Source: Candidatus Eiseniibacteriota bacterium
GTDB lineage: Bacteria; Eisenbacteria; RBG-16-71-46
Direction of reading: 5' to 3'
Length of the DNA stretch: 64,000 nucleotides
Assembly (NCBI GenBank): GCA_963717935.1
Contig: CAVQXP010000004.1
Span: forward strand, 1,600,001-1,664,000
The translations under genes were made by a program, and so were the position numbers. This document shows, piece by piece, positions 32,492 to 42,571 of the stretch. Under the pieces are notes generated by a model. That model was not told where the DNA came from, ran no database searches, and worked only from the letters and a program-made list of their open reading frames with translations. How positions within the stretch are numbered: position 1 is the first letter of the stretch; each line of letters begins with the position of its first letter.

Positions 32492-34285
32492 ATGGTTGCC
32501 AATCGCAAACTCGAGGCCTGGGTTCAGGAAGTCGCCGCCATGTGCCAGCCGGAGAAGGTGGTCTGGTGCGACGGCTCGGCCGCGGAGTACCAGACCATGC
32601 TGCGCCTCATGGTGCAGGCGGGCACGGCCCAGTGGCTCGATGCGGGGACGCGCCCCAACAGCGTCTTCGTGCGCTCCGACCCGGCCGACGTCGCGCGGGT
32701 CGAGGAGTTCACCTTCATCTGCTCGAAGAGCCGCGAGGACGCCGGACCGACCAACCACTGGCGCGATCCGGACGAGATCCGCCGGACGCTGACCGGGCTC
32801 TTCACCGGCTGCATGGCGGGCCGCACGCTCTACGTGATCCCCTACAGCATGGGGCCGATCGGCTCGCCGATCGCCAAGATCGGCGTGGAGATCACCGACT
32901 CGCCCTACGTCGTCGCGAACATGCACATCATGACCCGCGTCGGCACACGCGTGCTCGACGTGCTCGGCCCCGAGGGCGAGTTCGTGCGCGGGCTGCACTC
33001 GGTCGGAGCGCCGATCGGCTCGCCCGCCGTGGCCGACGCGCCCTGGCCCTGCAACGCGCAGAACAAGTACATCTGCCACTTCCCCGAGACGCGCGAGATC
33101 TGGTCGTTCGGCTCGGGCTACGGCGGCAACGCCCTGCTCGGCAAGAAGTGCCACGCGCTGCGCATCGCCTCGGTGCAGGCCCGCGACGAGGGCTGGCTGG
33201 CCGAGCACATGCTGATCCTCAAGCTCACGAACCCCGAGGGCAGGAGTCTCTACGTCGGAGCGGCGTTCCCCTCGGCCTGCGGCAAGACCAACCTGGCGAT
33301 GATGGAGCCGACCGTGCCGGGCTGGAAGGTCGAGACCATCGGTGACGACATCGCCTGGATGAAGTTCGGCCCCGACGGGCGGCTCTACGCCATCAACCCC
33401 GAGGCCGGGTTCTTCGGCGTGGCGCCGGGCACCAGCATGCAGAGCAACCCGAACGCCCTGCGCACGCTCGCGAAGAACGCCATCTTCACGAACTGCGCGA
33501 TCACGCCCGAGGGTGACGTCTGGTGGGAGGCGATGACCGACCCGCCGGCGAACCTGATGGACTGGCTGCGGCGCCCGTGGACGCCGCAGAGCGGCCGCAA
33601 GGCGGCGCACCCGAACGCCCGCTTCACCGTGCCGGCGCGGCAGTGCCCGGTGATCGCGTCCGAGTGGGAGGACCCGAAGGGCGTGCCGATCTCGGCCTTC
33701 CTCTTCGGCGGCCGGCGCGCCACCACGGCGCCGCTGGTCAACGAGGCGTTCTCGTGGCAGCACGGCACGTTCCTCGGCTCGATCATGAGCAGCGAGACCA
33801 CGGCCGCCGCGGCCGGCGCCCAGGGCCAGTTGCGCTTCGACCCGTTCGCCATGCTGCCGTTCTGCGGCTACCACATGGGTGACTACTTCGCCCACTGGCT
33901 CGAGATCGGCGGGGCGAGCGCGCCCGAGAAGCTGCCGCGCATCTACTACGTGAACTGGTTCCGCCGCGGCGCCGACGGCGGCTTCCTGTGGCCGGGTTAC
34001 GGCGAGAACAGCCGCGTGCTCAAGTGGGTCTTCGAGCGCGTCACCGGGAAGGCCCAGGCCGTGGACACGCCCATCGGCCGCCTGCCGGCTCCGGGAGCGC
34101 TCGACCTGACCGGTCTCGCGGTGCCGAAGGCGGATCTCGAGGAACTGCTGCGCGTGGATGCGGAGCGCTGGCTCGCGGACCTGCCGCTGGTGCGCGCACA
34201 CTACGAGAAGTTCGGCGCGCGCCTGCCGGCGGCGCTGAAGGAGGAGCTGGCCACGCTCGAGCAGCGGCTGCGCGCGGTGAAGTGA
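32492..34285 (+). CDS. pckG: Phosphoenolpyruvate carboxykinase (GTP)
   Basis: [57 protein letters not shown]. Confidence 0.97.
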   Translation: MVANRKLEAWVQEVAAMCQPEKVVWCDGSAAEYQTMLRLMVQAGTAQWLDAGTRPNSVFVRSDPADVARVEEFTFICSKSREDAGPTNHWRDPDEIRRTLTGLFTGCMAGRTLYVIPYSMGPIGSPIAKIGVEITDSPYVVANMHIMTRVGTRVLDVLGPEGEFVRGLHSVGAPIGSPAVADAPWPCNAQNKYICHFPETREIWSFGSGYGGNALLGKKCHALRIASVQARDEGWLAEHMLILKLTNPEGRSLYVGAAFPSACGKTNLAMMEPTVPGWKVETIGDDIAWMKFGPDGRLYAINPEAGFFGVAPGTSMQSNPNALRTLAKNAIFTNCAITPEGDVWWEAMTDPPANLMDWLRRPWTPQSGRKAAHPNARFTVPARQCPVIASEWEDPKGVPISAFLFGGRRATTAPLVNEAFSWQHGTFLGSIMSSETTAAAAGAQGQLRFDPFAMLPFCGYHMGDYFAHWLEIGGASAPEKLPRIYYVNWFRRGADGGFLWPGYGENSRVLKWVFERVTGKAQAVDTPIGRLPAPGALDLTGLAVPKADLEELLRVDAERWLADLPLVRAHYEKFGARLPAALKEELATLEQRLRAVK

Positions 34286-34325
34286 GCGGCGGGCCGACGC
34301 GGTCGCGCGGCCCGCAGGAGAACGA

Positions 34326-34364
34326 GAGACGACGCCCGCGGCGGATGGTCGCGGGCGTCGTCTC
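34326..34364. terminator. Bidirectional terminator-like hairpin between pckG and glk
   Basis: GAGACGACGCCCGCG / CGCGGGCGTCGTCTC 15-bp stem. Confidence 0.65.
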
Positions 34365-34366
34365 GT

Positions 34367-35344
34367 TCAGGCGCTCGAGCGGGCCAGCTGGGCGGCGCCC
34401 CAGAGCGCGGCGCGGTCGTCGCGCAGGACCGTGACGGGGATGTGCGCCAGCAGCGGGCCCAGGCGGCCCTTGTCGTGGAGGGCGTCGAGGAAGGCGCCGG
34501 AGCGCAGGAGCGGCAGGATGCGCGGGGCGATGCCGCCGCCCAGGAAGATCCCGTTCACGGCGAGCGCCTTGAGGGCCAGGTTCCCGGCCTCGGCGCCGTA
34601 GATCGAGACGAAGCGCTCGAGCGCCAGCCGGGCGCGCTCGCAGGAACCGTCGAGCGCGGCCGTGCTCACGACCGCGGCGGGGTCCGCGGCGGCGGCGAAG
34701 CGGGCGGCTACTTCGCCCGATGCGGTCCCCCGGCCGGTCTCGGCGAGGAAGCGGTAGAGGTCCGCGAGTCCGGGTCCCGAGAGGACGCGTTCATAGCTCA
34801 CGCGCCCGTAGCGTCCGCGGAGCCACTGCAGCAGCTCGTCCTCGAGCGCGTCGCGCGGGGCGAAGTCGGTGTGTCCGCCCTCGGAGGCGGACGGCCACCA
34901 GGTCTTTCCGTCCCAGACGAGCAGGGCCTCGCCCAGACCCGTGCCGGCCGCGATCAGGACGCGGTTGCCGGGCCGGGGCGTGCCGGGATGCAGCGTTTCG
35001 ACCTCGTGCCCTCCCAGCAGCGGCAGCCCCCAGGCGGTGGCCTCGAGGTCGTTGACGAGCAGCACCGGGGCGCCGTCGAGTTCCGCGCTGAGCGCCGTCG
35101 CGCCGATCCTCCACGGCAGGTTGGTGGCCTCGACGTGCTGTTCGACGACGGGTCCGGCGATGCCCAGGACGGCGCGGGTGGGACGCGCGGGCGCGCCGGC
35201 CAGGAATTCGCGCACCAGGGCCTCGATCGTGGCGTACTCACGGCTGGGCAGGCGGCGCTCGAGGACGGGCTCGCGCACGGAGGAGGCGGGCTCGTAGAGG
35301 GCAAGGTGGGTCTTGGTCCCACCGACGTCACCAGCGAGGATCAC
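34367..35344 (-). CDS. glk: Glucokinase
   Basis: LAGDVGGT, GIAGPV, TNLPW, ND, AGTGLG, SEGGH, ERVLSGPG, GGGIAP. Confidence 0.95.
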   Translation of the reverse strand: MILAGDVGGTKTHLALYEPASSVREPVLERRLPSREYATIEALVREFLAGAPARPTRAVLGIAGPVVEQHVEATNLPWRIGATALSAELDGAPVLLVNDLEATAWGLPLLGGHEVETLHPGTPRPGNRVLIAAGTGLGEALLVWDGKTWWPSASEGGHTDFAPRDALEDELLQWLRGRYGRVSYERVLSGPGLADLYRFLAETGRGTASGEVAARFAAAADPAAVVSTAALDGSCERARLALERFVSIYGAEAGNLALKALAVNGIFLGGGIAPRILPLLRSGAFLDALHDKGRLGPLLAHIPVTVLRDDRAALWGAAQLARSSA

Positions 35345-35350
35345 GGTGGC

Positions 35351-35379
35351 ATCCTAAGGAGTGCCGGGCGGGTGGGCAA
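35351..35379 (-). promoter_or_regulatory. sigma70 promoter TTGCCC-N17-TAGGAT giving a leaderless glk mRNA
   Basis: -10 hexamer ends 6 nt before the GTG start; no SD. Confidence 0.6.
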
Positions 35380-35417
35380 GCCCGGACGGTTCGTGACCCG
35401 CGTCCCGGCCGGGGCGG

Positions 35418-35446
35418 TTGACGCCGCGCGCCGGGGCGGACAGTAT
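35418..35446 (+). promoter_or_regulatory. Putative sigma70 promoter TTGACG-N17-CAGTAT for the M48 protease
   Basis: Same architecture as the promoters at 31-59 and 43390-43418. Confidence 0.5.
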
Positions 35447-35493
35447 CGGTCACGTCGCGCGGGGTTTGCGCTCATCTCACCGGGAGAGACGTC

Positions 35494-36945
35494 ATGAAAC
35501 GCATCCCTCATCTGGTGCTGCCGCTCGTGGTGCTGGGGATCCTGGCCCCGGGTTGCGCGATCAATCCCGTCACCGGCCAGCGCGAATTGTCGCTCGTGAG
35601 CCCTGCGCAGGAGCTGCAGATCGGGAGCGAGGGCTACAAGGCGGTGGTCGCGGAATACGGGCTCTACGATGACCCGGCGCTCCAGGCGTACGTGAACGAG
35701 GTGGGGCAGAAGGTGGCGCGGGTCTCGCACCAGCCCGGCCTGGTGTGGCACTTCGCCGTGCTCGACGATCCCACGGTGAACGCCTTCGCCATGCCGGGCG
35801 GCTACATCTACATCACCCGCGGGATCCTCGCCCACCTGAACTCCGAGGCGCAGCTGGCGGGCGTGCTGGGCCACGAGATCGGCCACGTCACCCACCGTCA
35901 CACGGCCGAGCGCATCACGCAGCAGCAGCTCTACGGGCTGGGCCTGGGCGTCGCCTCGGCCTTCTCCGAGACGATGCGCCGCTACGGTGACCTGGCCCAG
36001 CAGGGCCTGGGGCTGCTGTTCCTCAAGTACAGCCGCGACGACGAGCGGCAGGCCGACGAGCTGGGGGTCGCCTACGCGACCGGGGCCGGCTACGATCCGC
36101 GCGAGGTCCCCTCGACCTACGCCACGCTCAAGCGCGTGAGCGATCAGGCCGGGCAGCGGCTCCCGGGCTTCCTCTCGACCCATCCCGACCCGGGCGACCG
36201 CGAAGTGACCACCGCGGCGCTGGCGAGGCGGGCGGTGCAGGGGAAGACGGGCCTCACCGTCAACGGGCGCGGCTACGTGCAGCGCCTGGACGGCGTGGTC
36301 TTCGGCAGTGATCCGCGGCAGGGCTACTTCGCGGGCGACGAGTACATCCATCCCACGCTGCGCTTCCAGTTGACCTTCCCGGCGGGCTGGAAGCACCAGG
36401 ACACGCGCTCGGCCGTGGCGGCGCAGGAGCCGGGCCAGCAGGCGGTGCTGCAACTGACGCTGGCCGACGCCGGCACGCTCGCGCCGGCTGCATTCGTCCA
36501 GCAGTTGGGCGGCCGCGGCACCTTCGCGGACGTCTCGGGCAAGCCGGAGACCATCGGCGGCTTCGCGGCCTGGGTGGGACGGGTCTCGCTCCCGCAGCAG
36601 CAGGGGGCGGCGGTGGCGGCCACGGCCGGCTACATCCGCCGGGCCGACTCGCTGATGTTCCAGTTGCTGGGCCGCAGCCAGCAGCCCGGGGACGCCAACG
36701 ACGCGAAGATCCATGCGAGCCTGCGCTCGTTCCGCGCCCTGACCGACCCCGCGCGGCTCGCGGTCCGGCCCGACCGGGTGAAGGTGGAGAAGGTCGCCAC
36801 GACGGCTACCCTGGAGGCGACCCTGCGCAGGCTGGGAGCGACGGAGAGCCTGTTCCAGACCGACGCGCTCCTGAACAACCTCGAGACCGACGAGACGGTG
36901 ATGGCGGGCACGCTGCTCAAGGTGGTCGTGCCCGGGAAACGTTAG
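35494..36945 (+). CDS. M48-family Zn metalloprotease lipoprotein (LoiP/BepA-like) with C-terminal extension
   Basis: APGC lipobox, NAFAMPGG, HEIGH, YSRDDE.QAD, LSTHP. Confidence 0.92.
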   Translation: MKRIPHLVLPLVVLGILAPGCAINPVTGQRELSLVSPAQELQIGSEGYKAVVAEYGLYDDPALQAYVNEVGQKVARVSHQPGLVWHFAVLDDPTVNAFAMPGGYIYITRGILAHLNSEAQLAGVLGHEIGHVTHRHTAERITQQQLYGLGLGVASAFSETMRRYGDLAQQGLGLLFLKYSRDDERQADELGVAYATGAGYDPREVPSTYATLKRVSDQAGQRLPGFLSTHPDPGDREVTTAALARRAVQGKTGLTVNGRGYVQRLDGVVFGSDPRQGYFAGDEYIHPTLRFQLTFPAGWKHQDTRSAVAAQEPGQQAVLQLTLADAGTLAPAAFVQQLGGRGTFADVSGKPETIGGFAAWVGRVSLPQQQGAAVAATAGYIRRADSLMFQLLGRSQQPGDANDAKIHASLRSFRALTDPARLAVRPDRVKVEKVATTATLEATLRRLGATESLFQTDALLNNLETDETVMAGTLLKVVVPGKR

Positions 36946-37020
36946 CGGGGCGCGCGGGCCGACTCTTTCGCGCGCACCGGGGCGCCCGGGTCCAGGATGG
37001 GCCCGGGCGTTTGGAGCGCC

Positions 37021-37108
37021 GCCGGGGTGGCGGAACTGGCTAGACGCGGCGGACTTAAAATCCGCTGGGCTCACGCCCGTCCGGGTTCGACTCCCGGCCC
37101 CGGCACCA
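37021..37108 (+). tRNA. tRNA-Leu (anticodon TAA, reads UUA)
   Basis: GCCGGGG/CCCCGGC acceptor stem, GCGGA-CTTAAAA-TCCGC anticodon arm, long variable arm, GGTTCGACTCC T-arm, encoded CCA. Confidence 0.96.
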
Positions 37109-37132
37109 GGCGCGGCGCCCGTGGGGGGCTGG

Positions 37133-38707
37133 CTACGGCTCCGGGGCGACCTTGCAGATGATCGCGGTCAGGTCGTCGGTCTGGGGGCCGCCCTCCGCGA
37201 AGGCCCGCGCGCCGGCGATGAGCCCTTCGAGCACCTGCCGGGCGGACCCCGCGAGGTGGGCCCTGACGATTCGCAGGGCCCCTTCGGCGCCGAGGAGGCG
37301 GCCATCGGGTGCCTGGCTCTCCGTGATCCCGTCGGTCATGAGGACGACGGTGTCGCCGGGTTCGAGCGCGATGGGCGCGGCGTCCGTGACGCCCCAGGCC
37401 GCGGAGACGCCCAGCGGAGTCCCGCTGCTCTCGAGCGCGGCCCGCACCCGGCCGTCGCGCCCCAGGACGAACCCGGAGGGATGGCCGGCATTCGCGTAGG
37501 TCAGGGACCGGGTGCGCGCGTCCAGACGCGCCAGCAGCATGGTGACGAAGCGCCCGTCCTCCAGGTCCGCGATCAGCGTCCGGTTGAGGGCGCGCAGCAC
37601 GTCGCCCGTGCCGGGGAGCGTGCGCACGAAGGCGCGCAGGTACGCGCGTGTCGCGGCCATGACCAGGGCGGGGCCCAGGCCGTGCCCGCTGACGTCGCCG
37701 ATGACGATCTCGAGCCGGCCGTCCTCCGTGACGACATAGTCGAAGCAGTCGCCGCACATCGCGGCGGCCGGGTGCGCGGCGCCGGCGATGTCGAACCCGG
37801 GGAACTCGGGTGCGCGCGCGGGGAAGAGCCCCTGCTGCACCCGGCGGGCGATCTCCAGCTCGAGTTCGTGCTCCCGCCGCAGATGGCGGTCGGTCATGTC
37901 CTTGCCGACCGCCACGAAGTGCGTGACCGTCCCGGTCGGGTCCTTGATCGGCGTGATGGTCATCTCGGCGTAGTAGATCTCCCCGCTCTTGCGCCGATTG
38001 ACCATCGTGCCGCGGAAGACCTCGCCGGCGAGCACCGTGCTCCACAGTTCGCGATAGTGGGCCGCGTCATGCCGGCCCGAGCGGAGCAGCCGCGGTGTCC
38101 GGCCGAGGATCTCGTCCTTCGAGTAGCCGGTGATGCGCTCGAAACCGGGGTTGACGTATTCGACCACGCCGTCGCGGTCCGTGATGTAGATGGCGTCGGC
38201 GGTCTGCTCCACCGCGTTGGACAGGCGACGGACGGCGTCGTCGGCGTTCCGGTGGGCGGTGATGTCCCGGAAGACCGCGACCCCGCCGAGGAGTTCTCCC
38301 GAGGGGTCCCGCCAGGGCATGGCGGTAACGCTGATCACCGCGCCGTCCGGCCGGTGCGGACCGCGCACGTAGATCTCGGCGTCGCGCGCGGCCTCGCCCC
38401 TGGCGGCGCGGACCAGGGGCAGCTGCTCGGGTGGATAGGGCGTGATCCGGTCGGGGAGGAAGAGGCCGTAGGCGTCGGACCAGGCGCCCGGGGGCGCGTC
38501 CAGAGAACCGACGCCGAGGATCCGTTCGGCGGCCTCGTTGAAGACCAGGAACACGCCCCGGCGATCGACGACGACGATGCCGTCGGAGACGGTCTGGAGG
38601 ATGGGTTCCAGGGCCCGCGACCGCGCGCGCACCGAGGCGCGGCCGGCACCGGACCGATACGAGCGTGTCCCGGGATCGCTGCGGGTCCGTTCCCTGGCGG
38701 TCGGCAT
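37133..38707 (-). CDS. PAS-PAS-SpoIIE (PP2C/RsbU-like) phosphatase
   Basis: Two PAS domains; ARRVQQGLFP, CGDCFD, GDVSGHG, NAGHP, TDGITE, DDLT; start uncertain. Confidence 0.9.
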   Translation of the reverse strand: MPTARERTRSDPGTRSYRSGAGRASVRARSRALEPILQTVSDGIVVVDRRGVFLVFNEAAERILGVGSLDAPPGAWSDAYGLFLPDRITPYPPEQLPLVRAARGEAARDAEIYVRGPHRPDGAVISVTAMPWRDPSGELLGGVAVFRDITAHRNADDAVRRLSNAVEQTADAIYITDRDGVVEYVNPGFERITGYSKDEILGRTPRLLRSGRHDAAHYRELWSTVLAGEVFRGTMVNRRKSGEIYYAEMTITPIKDPTGTVTHFVAVGKDMTDRHLRREHELELEIARRVQQGLFPARAPEFPGFDIAGAAHPAAAMCGDCFDYVVTEDGRLEIVIGDVSGHGLGPALVMAATRAYLRAFVRTLPGTGDVLRALNRTLIADLEDGRFVTMLLARLDARTRSLTYANAGHPSGFVLGRDGRVRAALESSGTPLGVSAAWGVTDAAPIALEPGDTVVLMTDGITESQAPDGRLLGAEGALRIVRAHLAGSARQVLEGLIAGARAFAEGGPQTDDLTAIICKVAPEP

Positions 38708-39057
38708 GGGGGATGTGCACTCCTGAGGCGAAGGGCCGGTGAAGTGCGCCGCCGCGGCGAACGGTGCGGGTGCGTCCCTGCGGGGGGATGCCGGTTTCTC
38801 GAATCCGGAGGGCGCGCGATCTGGAACGCGATCCCACCGTGGCCGAGAGGTTGTGTCCGGAGCGGGCGACAGTTGTCCGGGGGAGGACAATCATCCCGGG
38901 CCGGCGTCACAGCGGGCTCTGGTGTGGTGCCCGCGTGCGGCGGGCCTGAACTTCCGGGCCGCTCCGGCGGCGTCTGCGGCTTCGGGCAGGCGACGCGCTC
39001 TCATGCTATCCTCGGCGCGCCTTCGTCACGCCCAACCTGCCTTCCAGGGGAGCCGCC

Positions 39058-39963
39058 ATGCCGATCACCAAGCTCGACCAGATCGTCGAAACCGTGAAGT
39101 CCCGCCCCCGCAAGCGCCTCATCGCCGTCTGGGCCAACGACTCGCACACCATCGCCGCCGTGGGGCAGGCCGTGAGCCTGGGCCTCGTGGAGGGCACGCT
39201 GGTAGGCGACGAGGCCGCCATCCGCTCCGTCTGCAAGAGCGAGGGGCTCGACCCCGGGATGTTCGCCATCGTGCAGGAGTCGTCCGACACGAGCGCGGCC
39301 GCCCGCGCCGTGGCCATGGTGAACGCCGGTGAAGCGCAGATCCTGATGAAGGGGCTGGTCTCGAGCGACAAGTACATGCGCGCCATCCTCCACAAGGAAA
39401 AGGGACTCATGGATGCCGGCGCGATCCTGAGCCACGTGACCGTGATCGAGGTCGAGCGCTATCCGAAGCTCATTGTCTGCGGCGACGTGGCGGTCCTGCC
39501 GGCGCCGGAGCTCAAGGAGAAGATCGCGATCACGCGCTACCAGATCGCGGTGGCCCACGCGCTGGGCATCGAGCGGCCCAAGGTGGCGATCATCGCGGCC
39601 ACCGAGCAGATGCTCTACAAGATGCAGGCCTGCGTGGACGCGGCGATCATCGCGAAGATGGCGGATCGCGGCGACATCAAGGGCGCGCTCGTGGACGGTC
39701 CGCTCGCCCTGGACGTGGCGGTGGATGCCGAGGCGGTGGCGATCAAGGGGCTGAAGAGCGCGGTGGCCGGAGACGCGGACTGCCTGGTGTTCCCCAACAT
39801 CGAGTCGGGGAACGTCTTCTACAAGACCTGCACCAAGCTGGCGGGCGCGGAACTGGCGGGTCTGGTGGTGGGCGCCCGTGTCCCGTGCGTACTGACCTCG
39901 CGGGGCGACACGGCGAAGAGCAAGATGTACTCGATCGCCCTGGCGGCCCTCACGGCGCGCTGA
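39058..39963 (+). CDS. ptb: Phosphate butyryltransferase
   Basis: LMKG, LSHV, DGPLALDVA, GDADCLVFPNIESGNVFYK, VLTSRGD. Confidence 0.9.
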   Translation: MPITKLDQIVETVKSRPRKRLIAVWANDSHTIAAVGQAVSLGLVEGTLVGDEAAIRSVCKSEGLDPGMFAIVQESSDTSAAARAVAMVNAGEAQILMKGLVSSDKYMRAILHKEKGLMDAGAILSHVTVIEVERYPKLIVCGDVAVLPAPELKEKIAITRYQIAVAHALGIERPKVAIIAATEQMLYKMQACVDAAIIAKMADRGDIKGALVDGPLALDVAVDAEAVAIKGLKSAVAGDADCLVFPNIESGNVFYKTCTKLAGAELAGLVVGARVPCVLTSRGDTAKSKMYSIALAALTAR

Positions 39964-39969
39964 CCGGTA

Positions 39970-40040
39970 GCGGCTCCAGCGAATCGACCCCGGCGAGCGC
40001 ATGGTGCCTCTGCTCGCCGGGGTCGATTCGCTGGAGCCGC
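39970..40040. repeat. Perfect 29-bp inverted repeat with 13-nt loop
   Basis: GCGGCTCCAGCGAATCGACCCCGGCGAGC (39970-39998) and its exact reverse complement (40012-40040). Confidence 0.9.
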
Positions 40041-40124
40041 AGCCCCCCGGGCCGGTTCCGCGGCTCCGGTGGGCGATGGTCGGAAAGGGTGCCCCGGGCT
40101 CGAACCCGGATCGCCTTCGTTCGT

Positions 40125-42377
40125 CTACCCGCCCTGGCCGGACGCCGGCCGGGACGCCGGCTGCCGGGGCTCCGCCACGTACTGGCGCGCTTCCTCCTTG
40201 CCGTCGAGGACGCGCAGGACGCCCTTGACCAGCGCGGAGAGTTCGTTCTCGCCAGGGTAGAGGCTCACGCCGCAGCCCATGGCCGCGACCATCCGCGTGA
40301 TCTCGCCCACGAGGCGCTGCGAGCGGGCCATGCCACCCGTGAGCAGGATGCGATCGACCGGCTCGCCGTCGAAGGCCGGGACGAGCGAGGCGATCTCCTT
40401 GGCGATCTGGTAGACCATCGCCTCGAAGACCTGCGCCGCCTCCTGGTCGCCGGCATCGATGCGGCGCTCGACCTCGCGCAGGTCGGCCGTGCCGAGCAGA
40501 TCGATGAGCCCGCCGCGCCCCTTGTTGAGCAGCTTGAGCTCGGGCTTCGTGTAGCGGCCCGAGAAGCACAGCTCGATCAGTTGGCCGGTGGGCATGCCGC
40601 CCGAGCGCTGCGGCGAGAACGGCCCTTCGCCGTCCAGCGCGTTGTTGACGTCGATGTAGCGGCCGCGCTTGTGCGCGCCCACGCTGATGCCGCCGCCCAG
40701 GTGGCAGACGATGACGTTCACCTTCTCGTAGAACGTCTCGTGCTCCTCGGCGTAGCGGCGTGCGGTGGCGATCTGGTTGAGGGCGTGGCTGATGATCTTG
40801 CGGCGCACGGCCTTCATGCCGCTCACGCGGACGCGCTCGGGTGCCTCGTCCACCACCACGGGGTCCACGATGAAGGCGGGCTTGCCGAGGCCGGTGGTCA
40901 GCTCGCGGGCGATCAGCGCGCCCAGGTTCGAGGCGTGCTCGCCGTAGCGTGCCGTGCGCAGGTCGGCCACCATGTCGTCGGAGACGGCCAGCGTGCCGTG
41001 CGGGATGGGGTGCAGGATGCCGCCGCGGGCCGCGATGGCATCCAGGTCCGCCACGCTCAGTCCGTGGTCGGCCAGGGCCTTCGTGATGATCTGCTTGCGG
41101 AAGGCGTATTGCTCGGTGATGCCCTTGCCCTCGAAGGGGAGCAGCTCCTCGGCCGTGTGCTGCAGTTCGAGCGTGAAGCGCTCCTCCTCGCCCTCGAAGA
41201 CGCCGATCTTGGTCGACGTGGAACCTGGATTCAGGGCCAGCACGCGGTGGCGGTGGAAGAAGGTATCGCGCGGCGTGCGGTCCCACTCGCCGAAGCGGTA
41301 CATGCGGAGCACCGAGGCCTTGACCGCGAGCCGGATGTCCTCGGGCGCGCAGTCCATGGGAAGGTCTACGCCGCGGAACCGCAGGCCGAACATGGCGGGG
41401 AACTTCTTCGCGTCCGGGAAGCGCGCCGCGTAGAGGTGGTAGAGCAGGTTCCCCATCTCGAGGTTCGGGCAGATGATCACGTTGGGGCTGCCGCCCCACG
41501 TCGACTCGCGGTTCCCGTCGTAGTACATGGCCGAGCGCTGCGACAGCGCCACCGAGACCTTGACCTCGCCCTGGATGCGGATCGTCGCGTAGCGCTCGTT
41601 CTTGTCCACGCGCTCGGCCAGCACGCGGGGGATGAGCGCCATGGCCTGCCGGACCAGTTCGGGCGAGGGGCCCTCGTCCGAGCCGCGGTTCGAGTAGGAG
41701 ACGATGACGCCGTGGATCTCGGGCAGCACCTCCACCGGGATCAGGTCGCGCGCGATCACGCAGGTGCCGACCGCCACGTGGGCGAGCGCCTCGGGCGTCA
41801 TGGTGGCGTTCACGCCGACGTCACCGAAGACCACGATGCCGTGCGGGAAGACATCGGGCGTCGTGTCGTCGGGGAGCACGAAGACCCCCGCCTCGCAGCG
41901 CACCGGCTGCCGGGCGAGCAGCCGGACCATGGGCCGGAAGTAGTCCCTGGGTGCGTGTGTGGCGCCGCCCACGACCGTGTCGGCGTGGCCGAGGCGCACG
42001 GCCCAGATGCCGAAGCGGGCGGGCTCCATGACCGTGCGCCGCGCCTGGTCGAGCGGGATCTCGGCATCCTGCTCCTTGCAGAATTCGAACTGTGCGCGCG
42101 CGAACTCCTCGACCAGGTCGGTGCGCCCGGGGATGTCCACGAAGGCGCTCTCCGACAGGAAGAAGTCCACGCGGTCGGCATCCACGTGACCGAGGCTCCG
42201 GGCGATCACGTCACGCACCTGCGGCTCGGAGGCCAGGAACACGGGGCGCACGAAGCGGACGAGGTGGCAGACCGCCTCGATGACGCGCGGGTCGAGGGCC
42301 TCCGGGAAGACGACGGTGGGGCGGGCCTTGGTGAAGCCCTGGATCTGCTGGTCGAAGGTGTCTTCGATATCGAACAT
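40125..42377 (-). CDS. buk: Fusion of a phosphotransacylase (Pta)-like domain and butyrate kinase
   Basis: N-half VVFPE, SYSN.GS, PNLEMGN; C-half NPGSTSTK, RGG, HASNLG, DPVVVDE, HALNQ, HLGGGISV, GEGPFSPQRSG, LTGG, YPGENE. Confidence 0.9.
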   Translation of the reverse strand: MFDIEDTFDQQIQGFTKARPTVVFPEALDPRVIEAVCHLVRFVRPVFLASEPQVRDVIARSLGHVDADRVDFFLSESAFVDIPGRTDLVEEFARAQFEFCKEQDAEIPLDQARRTVMEPARFGIWAVRLGHADTVVGGATHAPRDYFRPMVRLLARQPVRCEAGVFVLPDDTTPDVFPHGIVVFGDVGVNATMTPEALAHVAVGTCVIARDLIPVEVLPEIHGVIVSYSNRGSDEGPSPELVRQAMALIPRVLAERVDKNERYATIRIQGEVKVSVALSQRSAMYYDGNRESTWGGSPNVIICPNLEMGNLLYHLYAARFPDAKKFPAMFGLRFRGVDLPMDCAPEDIRLAVKASVLRMYRFGEWDRTPRDTFFHRHRVLALNPGSTSTKIGVFEGEEERFTLELQHTAEELLPFEGKGITEQYAFRKQIITKALADHGLSVADLDAIAARGGILHPIPHGTLAVSDDMVADLRTARYGEHASNLGALIARELTTGLGKPAFIVDPVVVDEAPERVRVSGMKAVRRKIISHALNQIATARRYAEEHETFYEKVNVIVCHLGGGISVGAHKRGRYIDVNNALDGEGPFSPQRSGGMPTGQLIELCFSGRYTKPELKLLNKGRGGLIDLLGTADLREVERRIDAGDQEAAQVFEAMVYQIAKEIASLVPAFDGEPVDRILLTGGMARSQRLVGEITRMVAAMGCGVSLYPGENELSALVKGVLRVLDGKEEARQYVAEPRQPASRPASGQGG

Positions 42378-42571
42378 GCGGTCTCCGGCTCCCGCGCCGG
42401 CCGGGGAAGAGGGTCGGTCCGTGCGCACGGCGGTACTTGGTTAAGCCATCGGACGACCGGCGACGCCGGTCGCAACGGGGCATTCTAGCAATGGAACGGC
42501 CCCACGTCGCGCAACGCGCCCGCTCGAGCGCCGCGGCCAGGCTGGCGGCGCTCGAGGGGACGATCCCGGCC

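Noticed and set aside
27890..34201. 2103-aa minus-strand ORF
   Set aside because: Arg/Pro/Ala-rich shadow frame overlapping pckG, tal, pgi and the redoxin; stop codons are scarce at high GC and it has no recognisable motifs.
37021..37140. tRNA as an integration site for a genomic island
   Set aside because: No integrase nearby and no duplicated tRNA 3' end seen in the window.
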